A DNA stretch of 61,659 nucleotides from an uncultured Candidatus Saccharibacteria bacterium (GCA_964649795.1 CAZYQY010000002.1:1-61659); one strand, 5' to 3'; shown: positions 1-10,137, counted from the first letter of the stretch. The notes: generated from the letters alone by a model not told the origin. Program-made: numbers and translations.

Positions 1-582
1 CTTCTTGGTTGGCTTTCCTATTGTCCTAGCGTCTTGTCGAACCCTATAAAATTGAGAAGGAGGGATATTTGTAACTTTAGACCAAAACTTCTCTAATTTT
101 TTTGTATTCTGATCCGCTCTACACATAAGTGTACAGCGAAATTTACTTTCATCAATACTATAACAGTATCTTAACGAATATAAAAACAAGCTTATAATAA
201 ATGGATCAGAATTACCAAACAACAATGAACCTCTTTGGTCCTTACCTCCTTCACCCAGATACAACATCGCAAGCGCAATTTTTACAATATCTTTGTTTCT
301 TAATGACTTCGCAAGGTATTTATTTCTATCCTCAACTGATTTTAAATACTTTTCTCTCTTAATTCGATTAACAACTAATGCAACTGCCCGGCCTTTATGC
401 GCATTTTTTAAAATTAATTCTTGAATCCTATCTCTATATTCCTTAGGTAATTCAATATTACTGCACCAATAAGAAAGAGTACTCTTAGGAATTTCTGTTT
501 TCAGAATTTTTTGAATCTTTGAATATGTTCTACCTTTTTTTCTTAATTCTATGGCTTTTTTTCTAAGCTTTATTCTGTCCAT
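1..582 (-). CDS. HTH plus LAGLIDADG-like endonuclease family protein; C-terminal part cut by the window edge
   Basis: Absent from the ORF track because it runs off the window. A reverse-strand ATG at 582-580 opens MDRIKLRKKAIELRKKGRTYSKIQKIL (resolvase-type HTH). It continues with ...ALAMLYLGEGGKDQRGSLLFGNSDPFII..., which resembles a LAGLIDADG block. The frame stays open to position 1. Confidence 0.45.
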   Translation of the reverse strand, partial: MDRIKLRKKAIELRKKGRTYSKIQKILKTEIPKSTLSYWCSNIELPKEYRDRIQELILKNAHKGRAVALVVNRIKREKYLKSVEDRNKYLAKSLRNKDIVKIALAMLYLGEGGKDQRGSLLFGNSDPFIISLFLYSLRYCYSIDESKFRCTLMCRADQNTKKLEKFWSKVTNIPPSQFYRVRQDARTIGKPTKK

Positions 583-650
583 TAATAATATTGTACCATG
601 GAACTTATCAATGTACAACAAAGGTTCAATCAAACTGTTGATTAATCATG

Positions 651-722
651 TACCCTCGGCAGGAATTGAACCCACATCAAGGGCTTAGGACGCCCCTGCT
701 TTGTCCGTTAAGCTACGAGGGC
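651..722 (-). tRNA. tRNA-Arg (anticodon CCT)
   Basis: The reverse complement GCCCTCGTAGCTTAACGGACAAAGCAGGGGCGTCCTAAGCCCTTGATGTGGGTTCAATTCCTGCCGAGGGTA folds by hand into a cloverleaf. It has a 7-bp acceptor stem, a GCTT/AAGC D stem, a GGGGC/GCCCT anticodon stem with loop GTCCTAA, and a TTCAATT T loop. Confidence 0.85.
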
Positions 723-809
723 AGTTTTCCCCACCTATTAATATTATAATATTGACTAAACCAAGTCAATGGAATATACTAAAAACATCTATAAATTAAA
801 AACAAAATT

Positions 810-1877
810 ATGCAAAAATCACCCGTTGTCCAAATCGTCAAAAAAGTGAGCCCTGCTGTAGTAAGTATTATTATCAGTAAGGACTTACCTAAAATAAGAA
901 AATATCATATTCAACCATTTGATGAATTCCTTGGTCCTTATGGACCACCGATTACCCAGTATCGTCAGGAAGGAAAACAAAAGGTTAAGATTGGCGGTGG
1001 CAGCGGTTTTTTTGTTTCTCCAGAAGGAATTATTTTAACTAATCGACATGTAATCGTCTCGCCTAATGTAGATTATACAATTGTCACGTTTGATGAAAAA
1101 GAATATCAAGCAGAAATTCTAGCCCGCGACACAGTTAATGATGTTGCCATTATTAAAGTAAAAAACGCAAAAAAGAAAAAGTTCTCATTTCTAGAATTAG
1201 GAATTTCTGACAAAGTTGAATTAGGAGAAAGCGTCATTGCTATTGGCAATCCTTTGGGCGTTTTCCCTAATACTGTTTCTACTGGAGTTGTTTCAGGTCT
1301 AAGCCGTTTTATTACTGCTCGTGACGGTGTTTCAGGACAAAGAGCTGAATTAAGAGGGTTAATTCAAACTGATGCAGCTATTAATCCAGGTAATTCGGGC
1401 GGACCATTAGTCAATATGGAAGGAAAAGTTATTGGCATCAATGTTGCTATTGTTATGGGCGCCCAAAATATTGGTTTTACTATCCCAATACACAATGCCA
1501 AAAAGGACATTGAAGACCTTAAAAAATATGGACGGATTATTCAGCCATTTTTAGGAGTCAGATATCTTATTATTAATAAAGCTACTAAAGAAGAATTCTC
1601 TCAAAGATTTAATATTCGTTTACCAATTGATCACGGAGCTTTAATTATCCGCGAACCAGAAGCAGGAGATCTGGCAGTTGTGCCTAACAGCCCAGCTGCA
1701 AAAGCAGGACTAATGGAAAATGATATTATTTTAGAATTTAATGGAATAAAAATTACTGACAAAAATCCTCTTCAGGAATTGATTCATAAATGCAAACCAG
1801 GAGATATAATTAAAATAAAAATTTTAAGAGGAGATAAAATAGGCGCCACTACAGTAAAATTAGAAGAAAGAAAATAA
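810..1877 (+). CDS. htrA: HtrA/DegP-family trypsin-like serine protease with C-terminal PDZ domain
   Basis: GNSGGPL catalytic serine motif, TNRHV histidine region, DVAIIK aspartate region and a PDZ-like C-terminus (SPAAKAGLMENDIILEFNG). Confidence 0.85.
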   Translation: MQKSPVVQIVKKVSPAVVSIIISKDLPKIRKYHIQPFDEFLGPYGPPITQYRQEGKQKVKIGGGSGFFVSPEGIILTNRHVIVSPNVDYTIVTFDEKEYQAEILARDTVNDVAIIKVKNAKKKKFSFLELGISDKVELGESVIAIGNPLGVFPNTVSTGVVSGLSRFITARDGVSGQRAELRGLIQTDAAINPGNSGGPLVNMEGKVIGINVAIVMGAQNIGFTIPIHNAKKDIEDLKKYGRIIQPFLGVRYLIINKATKEEFSQRFNIRLPIDHGALIIREPEAGDLAVVPNSPAAKAGLMENDIILEFNGIKITDKNPLQELIHKCKPGDIIKIKILRGDKIGATTVKLEERK

Positions 1878-1908
1878 GGCAAAGGGCATGTATTCCCTGC
1901 CTGAGAAC

Positions 1909-1937
1909 AAAAACCCTCTAATTTTTAGAGGGTTTTT
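1909..1937. terminator. Bidirectional rho-independent terminator between convergent genes
   Basis: aaaaa-ccctctaa-ttt-ttagaggg-ttttt: a perfect 8-bp stem flanked by an A5 run and a T5 run. Confidence 0.8.
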
Positions 1938-1963
1938 GTATTTTTAGTAAATGTATTCAAATT

Positions 1964-2581
1964 TTAACCGACAATAAATTGATAAATCAGAAAAACTAAT
2001 GGCAGAATCCATTGAAAAGCAAAGAATATAAAAAAGAGCAAAATAAAAGTTCCATACTGTTCTAAAAATAATCTTAAATTTTCTAAAGAACGAGGCAAAA
2101 AAGTAAAAAGTATTTTAGAGCCATCTAATGGCGGCAAAGGAATTAAATTAAAAATAGCCAAAAGAAGATTAAGAAAAACAATCAAGCCAAGAATCTGGAC
2201 TAATCCAGAAGATAAAAATTGAACTGGCAAAAAACGCAAAATTAAACCAAAAATCAAAGCCATTAAAAGATTTGCTGATGGACCAGCTGCTGCTACTTTT
2301 GCTATCCCATATTTCTGGTCACGCAAATTATATGGATTAAAAGGCACTGGTTTTGCCCAACCAAAAATAGCTTGGCCTCCAGAAAAAACAAATATTGTTA
2401 ATGGGACAATAAATGAACCCCAGAAATCCAAATGTTTAATCGGATTCAGCGTTAATCGCCCTTGATTTTTAGCCGTTGAATCGCCCAAATAAAAAGCCAT
2501 CCAGCCATGGGAAAATTCATGTATAACTACTGACATCAAAAGAACGGCTAATTGAAAAATTAATATAATAAATGTATCCAT
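1964..2581 (-). CDS. Site-2 protease (peptidase M50) family membrane metalloprotease
   Basis: HEFSHG (HExxH) motif in the first TM helix, multiple TM segments, and an LPPLDGS motif. Confidence 0.8.
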   Translation of the reverse strand: MDTFIILIFQLAVLLMSVVIHEFSHGWMAFYLGDSTAKNQGRLTLNPIKHLDFWGSFIVPLTIFVFSGGQAIFGWAKPVPFNPYNLRDQKYGIAKVAAAGPSANLLMALIFGLILRFLPVQFLSSGLVQILGLIVFLNLLLAIFNLIPLPPLDGSKILFTFLPRSLENLRLFLEQYGTFILLFFIFFAFQWILPLVFLIYQFIVG

Positions 2582-2625
2582 ATAACTTGAAAAATTATAA
2601 TCTATATGATAAAGTATAAGCTATT

Positions 2626-2817
2626 ATGAGTAGAAGATGCGCTATATGCGGTAAAAAATCAATGGTTGCTGTTACACGAAAGAAGCTTCGTGGTAATTAT
2701 AACCCAACAAGCAAGAAAAGAAAATACCCTAATCTGCAATGGGTTCGCATTGCTAATGGTAAAAGAGTTAAGGCCTGCGCTAAATGTATTAAAACAATGA
2801 GCAAAACTAAAAAATAA
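2626..2817 (+). CDS. rpmB: 50S ribosomal protein L28
   Basis: MSRRCAICGKK...RKKLRGNYNP...PNLQ is a typical L28 sequence at the expected size (63 aa). Confidence 0.9.
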   Translation: MSRRCAICGKKSMVAVTRKKLRGNYNPTSKKRKYPNLQWVRIANGKRVKACAKCIKTMSKTKK

Positions 2818-2888
2818 TACGGGATGTGGTTTAAAATAAAACGCCTTGCCAAGCGTTTTTTGTTTTGCTTAGCAAGGCGTTTATGCGT

Positions 2889-3167
2889 TTATCCATCAAT
2901 TCTTTTATAATTACATGCTGAGGCAATTCCATAGTCCCAGCCCCTACTCGATCGTACAAGGTCTGGAAACATTAACGCTTTTGCACCATCTGGAATCCGA
3001 ATGAAAAACCAATGTCTACTACTTTTATACAAATCTTCTCCGTTGGGAGATAAAAAAAATGCGATTTTTCCGTTTCTCAGACCAAAATGAGTGGCATTTT
3101 CAGGTACTGTGTATTCCTTTGCTGGATTTATTCCTTCGTTGCTACTGACTTTATCGAATCTTAACAT
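2889..3167 (-). CDS. Hypothetical protein
   Basis: 92-aa ORF with an upstream aggagg-like SD (taaggaggtat). No motif recognised. Confidence 0.45.
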   Translation of the reverse strand: MLRFDKVSSNEGINPAKEYTVPENATHFGLRNGKIAFFLSPNGEDLYKSSRHWFFIRIPDGAKALMFPDLVRSSRGWDYGIASACNYKRIDG

Positions 3168-3280
3168 AATACCTCCTTATAAATAATTGATGGGGTAATA
3201 AGAACTAATAAACAATAAACTAAACAGCTTCGCTAGAACAAAGTTACTATTAATATATCATTTTATAAAATATTTGTCAA

Positions 3281-3892
3281 TTATTCCTTTATTCCGTCTA
3301 AATTAACATCGTAAAGTATTACTTCGGGAATTAAACGATATTTTACAATCTCACTTTCTTTGAACCAAATTTTAATTTCTTTTTCTGCTTCTTCAGGACT
3401 AGCTGAAGCATGAACCAAATTTCTAATAGCGCGATCATCAGGATCAGCCAAAGAATATGAATCTATTGTAAAATCGCCTCTTATTGTTCCAACATCTGAA
3501 GATAAGGGTTCTGTATCCCCTGTAATTTTTCTAATTATGCCAATTGCTTCATTCCCTTGCCAGATCATAACAACTACTGGTCCAACTGTCATAAACGATT
3601 CTAATCTTTTCAATACAGCTATACCAACTTTTTTAGGATCTTTATAAGGCGGTTTTAATCCCTTTTTAACATAAGCATTTATTGACTTTGAGCCGACATC
3701 TTCCAGCCAAGTATTAAGAATTAAATAATGTTTTTTAACCTGTTCTTTATTAGGAATAAAGAATTTTAAAGCTGTTAATTTTAGGCCTGTTCGTTCATAA
3801 CGTTTTATTATTTCTCCAATCAAAGATCTTTGAACTCCATCTGGCTTAATAATAACTAAGCTTTTCTCTTTTTGTTTTTGATTTTTATTCAT
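3281..3892 (-). CDS. ndk: Nucleoside diphosphate kinase (long form with internal insertion)
   Basis: IIKPDGVQRSLIGEII, GTIRGDF and NLVHASAS (catalytic His) motifs. Confidence 0.85.
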   Translation of the reverse strand: MNKNQKQKEKSLVIIKPDGVQRSLIGEIIKRYERTGLKLTALKFFIPNKEQVKKHYLILNTWLEDVGSKSINAYVKKGLKPPYKDPKKVGIAVLKRLESFMTVGPVVVMIWQGNEAIGIIRKITGDTEPLSSDVGTIRGDFTIDSYSLADPDDRAIRNLVHASASPEEAEKEIKIWFKESEIVKYRLIPEVILYDVNLDGIKE

Positions 3893-3931
3893 ATTGTGCC
3901 TATTCTATCAGAAAAAACGCCCTTTTGCAAA

Positions 3932-4804
3932 TTATTTCTCAATCTTTATCTGTAGTAAATCCCCATTAGTTAAAACTTCTATATCACCATTTTTATCTGT
4001 TCTATAAACTAAAATATCTTTTAATCTTTCTAAAATATCTTTATGTGGATGATTGTATCTATTATCAAGTCCAACTGAAATAATCGCTATTTGTGGATTA
4101 ACTGCTTTAAAAAAATTGTAACTAGTGGATGTCTTGCTGCCATGGTGCGGTACTTTCAAAATATCTGATGCTAATCCGCAAGCCAATGGATTATTAATCA
4201 AATATTGTTCAACCTCTTTTTCAATATCGCCAGTTAAAAGAAATTCTATTTGTCCGTAAATTAATTTGCCAACTACTGAAACATTATTTGCTTTTTTAGC
4301 AAATGACTCAACTAAGGTTTGTTCTGGCCAAAGAATATTCATAATTATTTCCTTTTCTAAAATTATTTTTTGCCCGATTTGAGCAAGGGTTAAGGAAATA
4401 TTTTTTTCTTCAATTAAATCATGCCATCTTTTATAAACAGCTGTATCTTTTTCAAGGCCACTGGATAAAATGTGTCCGACCTGATAATGCTTAAGAACCT
4501 CAACCAAGCCAGTAATATGGTCAGCATCAGGATGAGTTAAAACGACTAAATCAATAGTTCTGTCATAAAAAGGCATTGTTTTGCCTAGTTTTTCCAAAAC
4601 TTTTTTATCAGGTCCGCCGTCAATCAAAATCTGTTTGCCTTGCGGTGTTTCAATAAAGATAGAATCTCCTTGCCCTATGTTAAAAAAATGAACTTCTAAA
4701 ATATTGTCAGGAGATTGCTTAAAAATAGATGACCAAATCCAAATAGTTCCTATTAAAAGGATACTTAATATTAAATAATTAATTCTGCGCTTTTTAAAAA
4801 ACAT
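3932..4804 (-). CDS. ComEC C-terminal metallo-beta-lactamase domain protein, encoded as a separate ORF
   Basis: N-terminal TM helix, HPDADH zinc motif, and PHHGS near the C-terminus. Overlaps the upstream comEC channel ORF by 11 nt. Confidence 0.8.
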   Translation of the reverse strand: MFFKKRRINYLILSILLIGTIWIWSSIFKQSPDNILEVHFFNIGQGDSIFIETPQGKQILIDGGPDKKVLEKLGKTMPFYDRTIDLVVLTHPDADHITGLVEVLKHYQVGHILSSGLEKDTAVYKRWHDLIEEKNISLTLAQIGQKIILEKEIIMNILWPEQTLVESFAKKANNVSVVGKLIYGQIEFLLTGDIEKEVEQYLINNPLACGLASDILKVPHHGSKTSTSYNFFKAVNPQIAIISVGLDNRYNHPHKDILERLKDILVYRTDKNGDIEVLTNGDLLQIKIEK

Positions 4805-6137
4805 TTTTTTTATTCTGATTCCAGATAAAAAATATTAAGACAAAATAATAGCCTAACAAAATTATCCAGGAAATATTTTCAAATTCATAAGCAGCAAAAG
4901 GAAAAGACGATAAATAGTCAATTACTTTAATTAAATAAGTTAATAATAGCCAAACTGGCAAGGCAATAATTTTAGCCAATCCTATTGATATAAGTCCAAT
5001 AAAACTCAAAATAATGCCGAAAATCATTATTATAGACAACAGCGGAACTATTAGCAGATTAGCTAAAGGAGAAATTAAAGAAAGCCGTCCAAAATGAAAA
5101 ATTAAAATTGGCAATGTACCTAATTGAGCTGCCAAAGTCATGGTCAAAATATCTTTTAAACGCCACGGATTAGGCCATTTGGATGTTTTATTATCTAAAA
5201 TGGGCTTAAGATAGACAATGCTTAAGCAGGCCATAAATGAAAGCTGAAACCCAACATCGGACTTTAATAATAATGGATTAAATACTAGCATTATTACGGC
5301 TGCAAAAACTATTGCTCTGTCTGCGCTACGCAACCGGCCTATTTTTTGAGCTAATAAAAGCAAACTAGCCATTATGCCTGCTCTTACTGCTGAAGCCGGA
5401 GCGCCAATCATTATAATATAGGCAACCATCAGAAGGACAACGAAATAAAAGGCTTGTCCCCGCCAAAGCCCAATGCCTAAAGCTAAAAAAAGCAAAATCT
5501 GAGTCATAATAATCATATGCATTCCGGAGATTGCTACAATATGGCGAGTACCGCTAATATTTAATTTCTCTTTCAATTCTTCTGAAAGACCATAGCGATC
5601 ACCTAAAAAAATTGCCTTTAGAATACTGCTTTGCGGAGGCAAAAGTGTTTGTTCGATAACTTTTCTTAATCTATCTTTGAAATTGAAAATCCTCTGGTAG
5701 AACCAATTAGCTTTATTACTTCCTAATAATTTAATATATGGAGAATAGATTACTGAATAAACTTTATCTTTGGCTAAATAAGCACGGTAATCAAAATCCT
5801 CAAATTGAGCTGGTTCTTTTAATTGGCCAATGATTTCCAGCTGATCTCCATAATGATATTCGGGATATAATCCTTTGGTAATTAAAATCTTGCCTGGAAT
5901 TTTTTCGGTATTGACTTGAAATTTCTGTTGATTAATTCTTTGTTCTGGTTCTTCAATAATAACTCCTTGAAAACTAATTTCTTGATCATAATATTGGCTG
6001 AATTTATCATTCTGTGGGACTTTAATAAAAGAATAAATAAAAACTCCGCCAATAAACAAAAGGCAGAGACAAAGAAAGATTTTGGATTTAGTCATATCAA
6101 TATTCAATCCATTTTCTTGCTTTAACTCCTTTTTCAA
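4794..6137 (-). CDS. comEC: ComEC/Rec2 DNA internalisation channel (OB-fold plus competence membrane domain)
   Basis: Polytopic membrane protein. The ISGMHM and GAPASAVRAG motifs are typical of the ComEC competence domain. Confidence 0.8.
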   Translation of the reverse strand: MKKELKQENGLNIDMTKSKIFLCLCLLFIGGVFIYSFIKVPQNDKFSQYYDQEISFQGVIIEEPEQRINQQKFQVNTEKIPGKILITKGLYPEYHYGDQLEIIGQLKEPAQFEDFDYRAYLAKDKVYSVIYSPYIKLLGSNKANWFYQRIFNFKDRLRKVIEQTLLPPQSSILKAIFLGDRYGLSEELKEKLNISGTRHIVAISGMHMIIMTQILLFLALGIGLWRGQAFYFVVLLMVAYIIMIGAPASAVRAGIMASLLLLAQKIGRLRSADRAIVFAAVIMLVFNPLLLKSDVGFQLSFMACLSIVYLKPILDNKTSKWPNPWRLKDILTMTLAAQLGTLPILIFHFGRLSLISPLANLLIVPLLSIIMIFGIILSFIGLISIGLAKIIALPVWLLLTYLIKVIDYLSSFPFAAYEFENISWIILLGYYFVLIFFIWNQNKKNVF

Positions 6138-6603
6138 AATAATGTTTAATTTGTTTCATCTCGGTAACCAAATCAGCAGATTGGATAATTTTTTTTGAAG
6201 CATTGCGGCCAGTTAAAACAAGTTCTATCGCTGATGGAGTTTTTTTTATTAAATCCAAAATATCTTTTGTTTTTATTAATCCGAAACTATTTACTACATT
6301 AATCTCATCTAAAATAATTAAATTATATAATTTATTTTGAATAGCTTTTTGAACAAAATTAAAACCTTGATTAGCAAGGTCAAAATCTTTTTTATCCAAC
6401 TTATTTTTATCTAAAAATCCTTTTTTACCAAAAATTTTTACATCGAAATTTTTTAATTTTCTAATTGTCTTTATTTCTGAACTCTGACCATCTTTTAAAA
6501 ATTGTACAAGTAAAACTTTTTTCCCAGCGCCATTCGCTCGCAAACCCAATCCCAAAGCAGCAGTTGTTTTGCCCTTGCCATCGCCAATATAAACCTGAAT
6601 CAT
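6097..6603 (-). CDS. cobO: Cob(I)yrinic acid a,c-diamide / cob(I)alamin adenosyltransferase (CobA/CobO/BtuR family)
   Basis: IQVYIGDGKGKTTAALGLGLRANGAGKKVLLVQFLK P-loop signature of the family. Lies 1 nt downstream of nrdJ. Confidence 0.75.
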   Translation of the reverse strand: MIQVYIGDGKGKTTAALGLGLRANGAGKKVLLVQFLKDGQSSEIKTIRKLKNFDVKIFGKKGFLDKNKLDKKDFDLANQGFNFVQKAIQNKLYNLIILDEINVVNSFGLIKTKDILDLIKKTPSAIELVLTGRNASKKIIQSADLVTEMKQIKHYFEKGVKARKWIEY

Positions 6604-6604
6604 A

Positions 6605-8800
6605 TTATTTAGTAGAATCTCCTAAAATAGAAGTAGGAGGAGCAATTTCTTCCTTTTTAGAGTCACAGTTGGGACAATCTGAGTCTAATCCTTCTTTCCC
6701 CTTAGTAGTTAATACTTCTTTTTCCCTTGACCCACTGCGATAAACAGTAAATGCTTTGCATCCTGACTGCCATGCCAATTGTATTACTTTTTCAACGTCA
6801 AACCTGGTAGTTTCATTAGGAAGATTAATAGTTTTAGAGATGCTATTATCTAAATGCTTTTGAAAAGCAACTTCCATCTTTATATGATCCTTTGGATCAA
6901 TATCCATTGAACCGACAAAAACTTTTCTAATATTTTTAGGAATCTCTTTTATATTCTGAACAGTTCCTTCTTTATAAATCCTATCAATTATTTTAGGAGA
7001 GTATAGTCCTTTTTCTCTAAGTTTTTTTTCTAAATAATGATTGACATAATAAAATTCCTCTTCTCCCATTATTTGTTGTTTGGTATAAGCTAAAGCAAAA
7101 TAAGGCTCTACGCCAGAAGAAACTTCTGGAATCATAGAGATAGTCCCCGTAGGAGCAATACAAGTAAGAGCGGCATTACGCATCTTAATTTTCTTCTTTT
7201 TCCAAATACTCAATTCGTAGTTAGGGAATACTTTCTTTTCATTGGCTAATTTTTGAGAAGTTGCATGAGCAGTTTGATTTATAAATTTCATTATTTTCTC
7301 TGCTGTTTCAAAGCCTTGTTCTGAATTATAAGGAATTTCTAATTGGAAAAGGAAATCAGCAAAACCCATTATTCCTATGCCAATTCTACGATTTTTCTTG
7401 AACATGCTATTTGTTCTGTCTATGGAGAATTCTGTAAGATCTATAACATTATCTAGCATTCGGGTAGCCAATTCAACCGCTTCTTTTAATCTTCCCCATT
7501 TAATTTTTTTATTTTCAACAAATTTGTCTAGATTAACAGAACCTAAATTGCAGACATCTCCGTCATGTAAAAATTGCTCTCCACATGGATTAGACGCCTC
7601 AATTTTTCCTAGTCCGGGCAAAGGATTAGTTTTATTAACCTTATCAATGAATATTATTCCAGGCTCTCCGTTAATCCAAGCATTATTGGCAATTTCAGCC
7701 ATAACTTCTCCAGGAGTAATTTTAATATCTTGAATTTGAGAAATTTTTTCATATCTATCTCTAATTATCCTTCTTGGCAGCATTTTTTTACCGTTAAATT
7801 GACACATCCACGGTTCTTCAGAATTATTCTTTACTTTTCTCATAAAATCATCCGTTAAAGAAATGGAGATATTAAAATTAGAGAGTTCGCCTTCTCTGTC
7901 TTTAGCATGAATAAAATCCAAAATATCTGGGTGGTCTATTCTCATTATTGCCATGTTTGCTCCGTGTCTGCCTTGCTGTTTAATAACGCCAAAAGCTTTA
8001 TCATATACATTCAAAAAAGAAATCGGACCAGAGGCAACGCCTTGAGTTCTCTTTGTTAATGAACCAGCTGGCCTAAGAAGATGGAAAGGGAATCCTATTC
8101 CAGAACCGCTTTGCTGCAATAGCGTAGCATCTCGAAGCGTATTAAAAATATCATTCATGCTGTCTCCAATATGCAGAACTACACAATTAGAGATCACTGG
8201 CATAGATGTGCCAGTATTAGTTAAGGTTCGTCCAGCCGGCAAAAATTCAAGATTAGACATTAATTGATAAAATTCATCTTGCCATTTTTTTATCTCTTTA
8301 GCAGATTTTCCGTATTTCTTTTCTACTTCAGCTATTGCTTTAGCAATTCTTTTGAACATTTCTTCTGGATTCTCAATAACTTTTCTTGTTTTGGGGTCTT
8401 TTCCTAAATACCTGCCAGCTAAAATTTTTAAAGAATTTAAACTTAAATGAAGTTGCGTACTCCTGCCATTTAGAATTCTTTCTCTCTCTTCCCTAATCCT
8501 TTGATGCTCTTTGCGGTAAATAATATATGATTTTGCTGAATCAATATAGTTTTCTTTCATTAAAGCAATTTCTACAATATCTTGAATATTTTCTACATCT
8601 GGGATATTTTTCTTATTTTTAAAAACTTTATTTAATCCATTAACCACTTGATCAGATATATTTTTAGCAACTTTCGAATTAAATTCTCCAGTAGCTTGAC
8701 CAGCGGCTAAGATAGCTTTGGTTATTCTGTTTTGTTCGAAACTAACAATACGACCATCTCTTTTTTTAATTTTATTAAACTTCATTTTTGTATTAGACAT
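6605..8800 (-). CDS. nrdJ: Adenosylcobalamin-dependent (class II) ribonucleotide reductase with N-terminal ATP-cone
   Basis: ATP-cone (KIKKRDGRIVSFEQNRI), SNPCGEQFL...CNLGSVNL active-site region, and a C-terminal CPNC redox pair. Confidence 0.8.
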   Translation of the reverse strand: MSNTKMKFNKIKKRDGRIVSFEQNRITKAILAAGQATGEFNSKVAKNISDQVVNGLNKVFKNKKNIPDVENIQDIVEIALMKENYIDSAKSYIIYRKEHQRIREERERILNGRSTQLHLSLNSLKILAGRYLGKDPKTRKVIENPEEMFKRIAKAIAEVEKKYGKSAKEIKKWQDEFYQLMSNLEFLPAGRTLTNTGTSMPVISNCVVLHIGDSMNDIFNTLRDATLLQQSGSGIGFPFHLLRPAGSLTKRTQGVASGPISFLNVYDKAFGVIKQQGRHGANMAIMRIDHPDILDFIHAKDREGELSNFNISISLTDDFMRKVKNNSEEPWMCQFNGKKMLPRRIIRDRYEKISQIQDIKITPGEVMAEIANNAWINGEPGIIFIDKVNKTNPLPGLGKIEASNPCGEQFLHDGDVCNLGSVNLDKFVENKKIKWGRLKEAVELATRMLDNVIDLTEFSIDRTNSMFKKNRRIGIGIMGFADFLFQLEIPYNSEQGFETAEKIMKFINQTAHATSQKLANEKKVFPNYELSIWKKKKIKMRNAALTCIAPTGTISMIPEVSSGVEPYFALAYTKQQIMGEEEFYYVNHYLEKKLREKGLYSPKIIDRIYKEGTVQNIKEIPKNIRKVFVGSMDIDPKDHIKMEVAFQKHLDNSISKTINLPNETTRFDVEKVIQLAWQSGCKAFTVYRSGSREKEVLTTKGKEGLDSDCPNCDSKKEEIAPPTSILGDSTK

Positions 8801-8851
8801 AAAAAAAATCCTTTCTTTATTTAGAATTCAAAATGTATTTCTATTTTACTC

Positions 8852-8884
8852 CATAAATAAAAGGCAGTCAAATGACTGCCTTTT
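8852..8884 (-). terminator. Rho-independent terminator downstream of ftsZ
   Basis: ggcagt-caaatg-actgcc hairpin, followed on the minus strand by ttttattt. Confidence 0.7.
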
Positions 8885-8905
8885 ATAAACAAAGAGTAAA
8901 TAAAT

Positions 8906-10018
8906 TTACTTCATTTTTCTGCGAATAAAAGCGGGGATATCCCACTCATCTTCCGGTTCTTCAATAGAAACTGGCCTAGGGCTAGGAACTCTTTTATTTT
9001 TTTCTTCTTGATTAATTGGCGAAATGTCTTGAATCCTTGTTTCTCCTGATTTCTTTAATAATCCTTCGTCAAAACCAGTTGCCACAACAGTGATTTTAAT
9101 TTCGCCTTTCTTTAACTTATCATCCATAACAGCGCCGAAAATCACTTTAGCTTCCGGATCAATTGATTCAGTTATAATTTTAGCCGCTTCATTAATTTCA
9201 GTCATGGCTAAATCAGAGCCACCGCTAACATTAAATAGAACTCCCTTAGCGCCATCAATTGAAATTTCCAAGAGAGGAGAGTTAATTGCCGCTTTAGCTG
9301 CTTCAACAGCCCTTTCATCACCACTAGACCATCCAATACCCATTAAAGCTGATCCAGCATCCTGCATAATTGCTTTAACATCAGCAAAATCAACGTTAAC
9401 AATTCCAGGAGTTACAACTAAATCAGAAATGCCTTGAACTGCTTGACGGAGAACATCATCAACAACTGAAAAAGCATTTAATAAAGACGTCTTATTATCA
9501 ATAACTGAAAGAAGTTTATCATTAGGAATTGTAATTAAAGTATCAACTCTATCTTTAATATGCATTAAACCTTCTTCAGCGATACGAGCCCTTTGTTGGC
9601 CTTCAAAAGAAAATGGCTTGGTTACAACTGCGACTGTCAAAGCTCCTGAATCTTTTGCTGCTTCAGCAATAATTGGACCAGCACCCGTTCCAGTTCCCCC
9701 GCCCAGTCCATAAGTAACAAAAACCATATCTGATCCTTTAACTACTTCATGGATTTCATCACGATTTTCTTCAGCTGCTTGGCGTCCTATTTCTGGATTC
9801 ATCCCAGATCCAAGACCCTTGGATAAATTTTTACCAATATGAACTTTTTCTGTCGCAGCAACATGATGCAAATCTTGCGCATCAGTATTAATAGCGACAA
9901 AATCTACTCCATGAATTTTAGAAGCCACCATTCTAGAGATGGCATTTCCTCCGGCTCCTCCTACGCCAATTACTTTAATTTTTGCAAAAGTTTCCACCTC
10001 CGGTTTTATCTGAGCCAT
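8906..10018 (-). CDS. ftsZ: Cell division protein FtsZ
   Basis: GGGTGTG tubulin signature and NTDAQ motif. Confidence 0.97.
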   Translation of the reverse strand: MAQIKPEVETFAKIKVIGVGGAGGNAISRMVASKIHGVDFVAINTDAQDLHHVAATEKVHIGKNLSKGLGSGMNPEIGRQAAEENRDEIHEVVKGSDMVFVTYGLGGGTGTGAGPIIAEAAKDSGALTVAVVTKPFSFEGQQRARIAEEGLMHIKDRVDTLITIPNDKLLSVIDNKTSLLNAFSVVDDVLRQAVQGISDLVVTPGIVNVDFADVKAIMQDAGSALMGIGWSSGDERAVEAAKAAINSPLLEISIDGAKGVLFNVSGGSDLAMTEINEAAKIITESIDPEAKVIFGAVMDDKLKKGEIKITVVATGFDEGLLKKSGETRIQDISPINQEEKNKRVPSPRPVSIEEPEDEWDIPAFIRRKMK

Positions 10019-10137
10019 ATTATTAAAATGACTGCTTTATTATCATAAGCAAAGTTTTAGAAACTGTACTTAAAATAACATTAACATCTTTATTAATAAC
10101 TAACATAACTTATAAAATAATGCAAGTGTTTTTCTTC

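Noticed and set aside
3281-3892. NDK is about 55 aa longer than usual, with an internal insertion after KKHY.
   Set aside because: The catalytic His (NLVHASAS) and the nucleotide-binding motifs are intact. This looks like lineage-typical loop expansion rather than a distinct feature.
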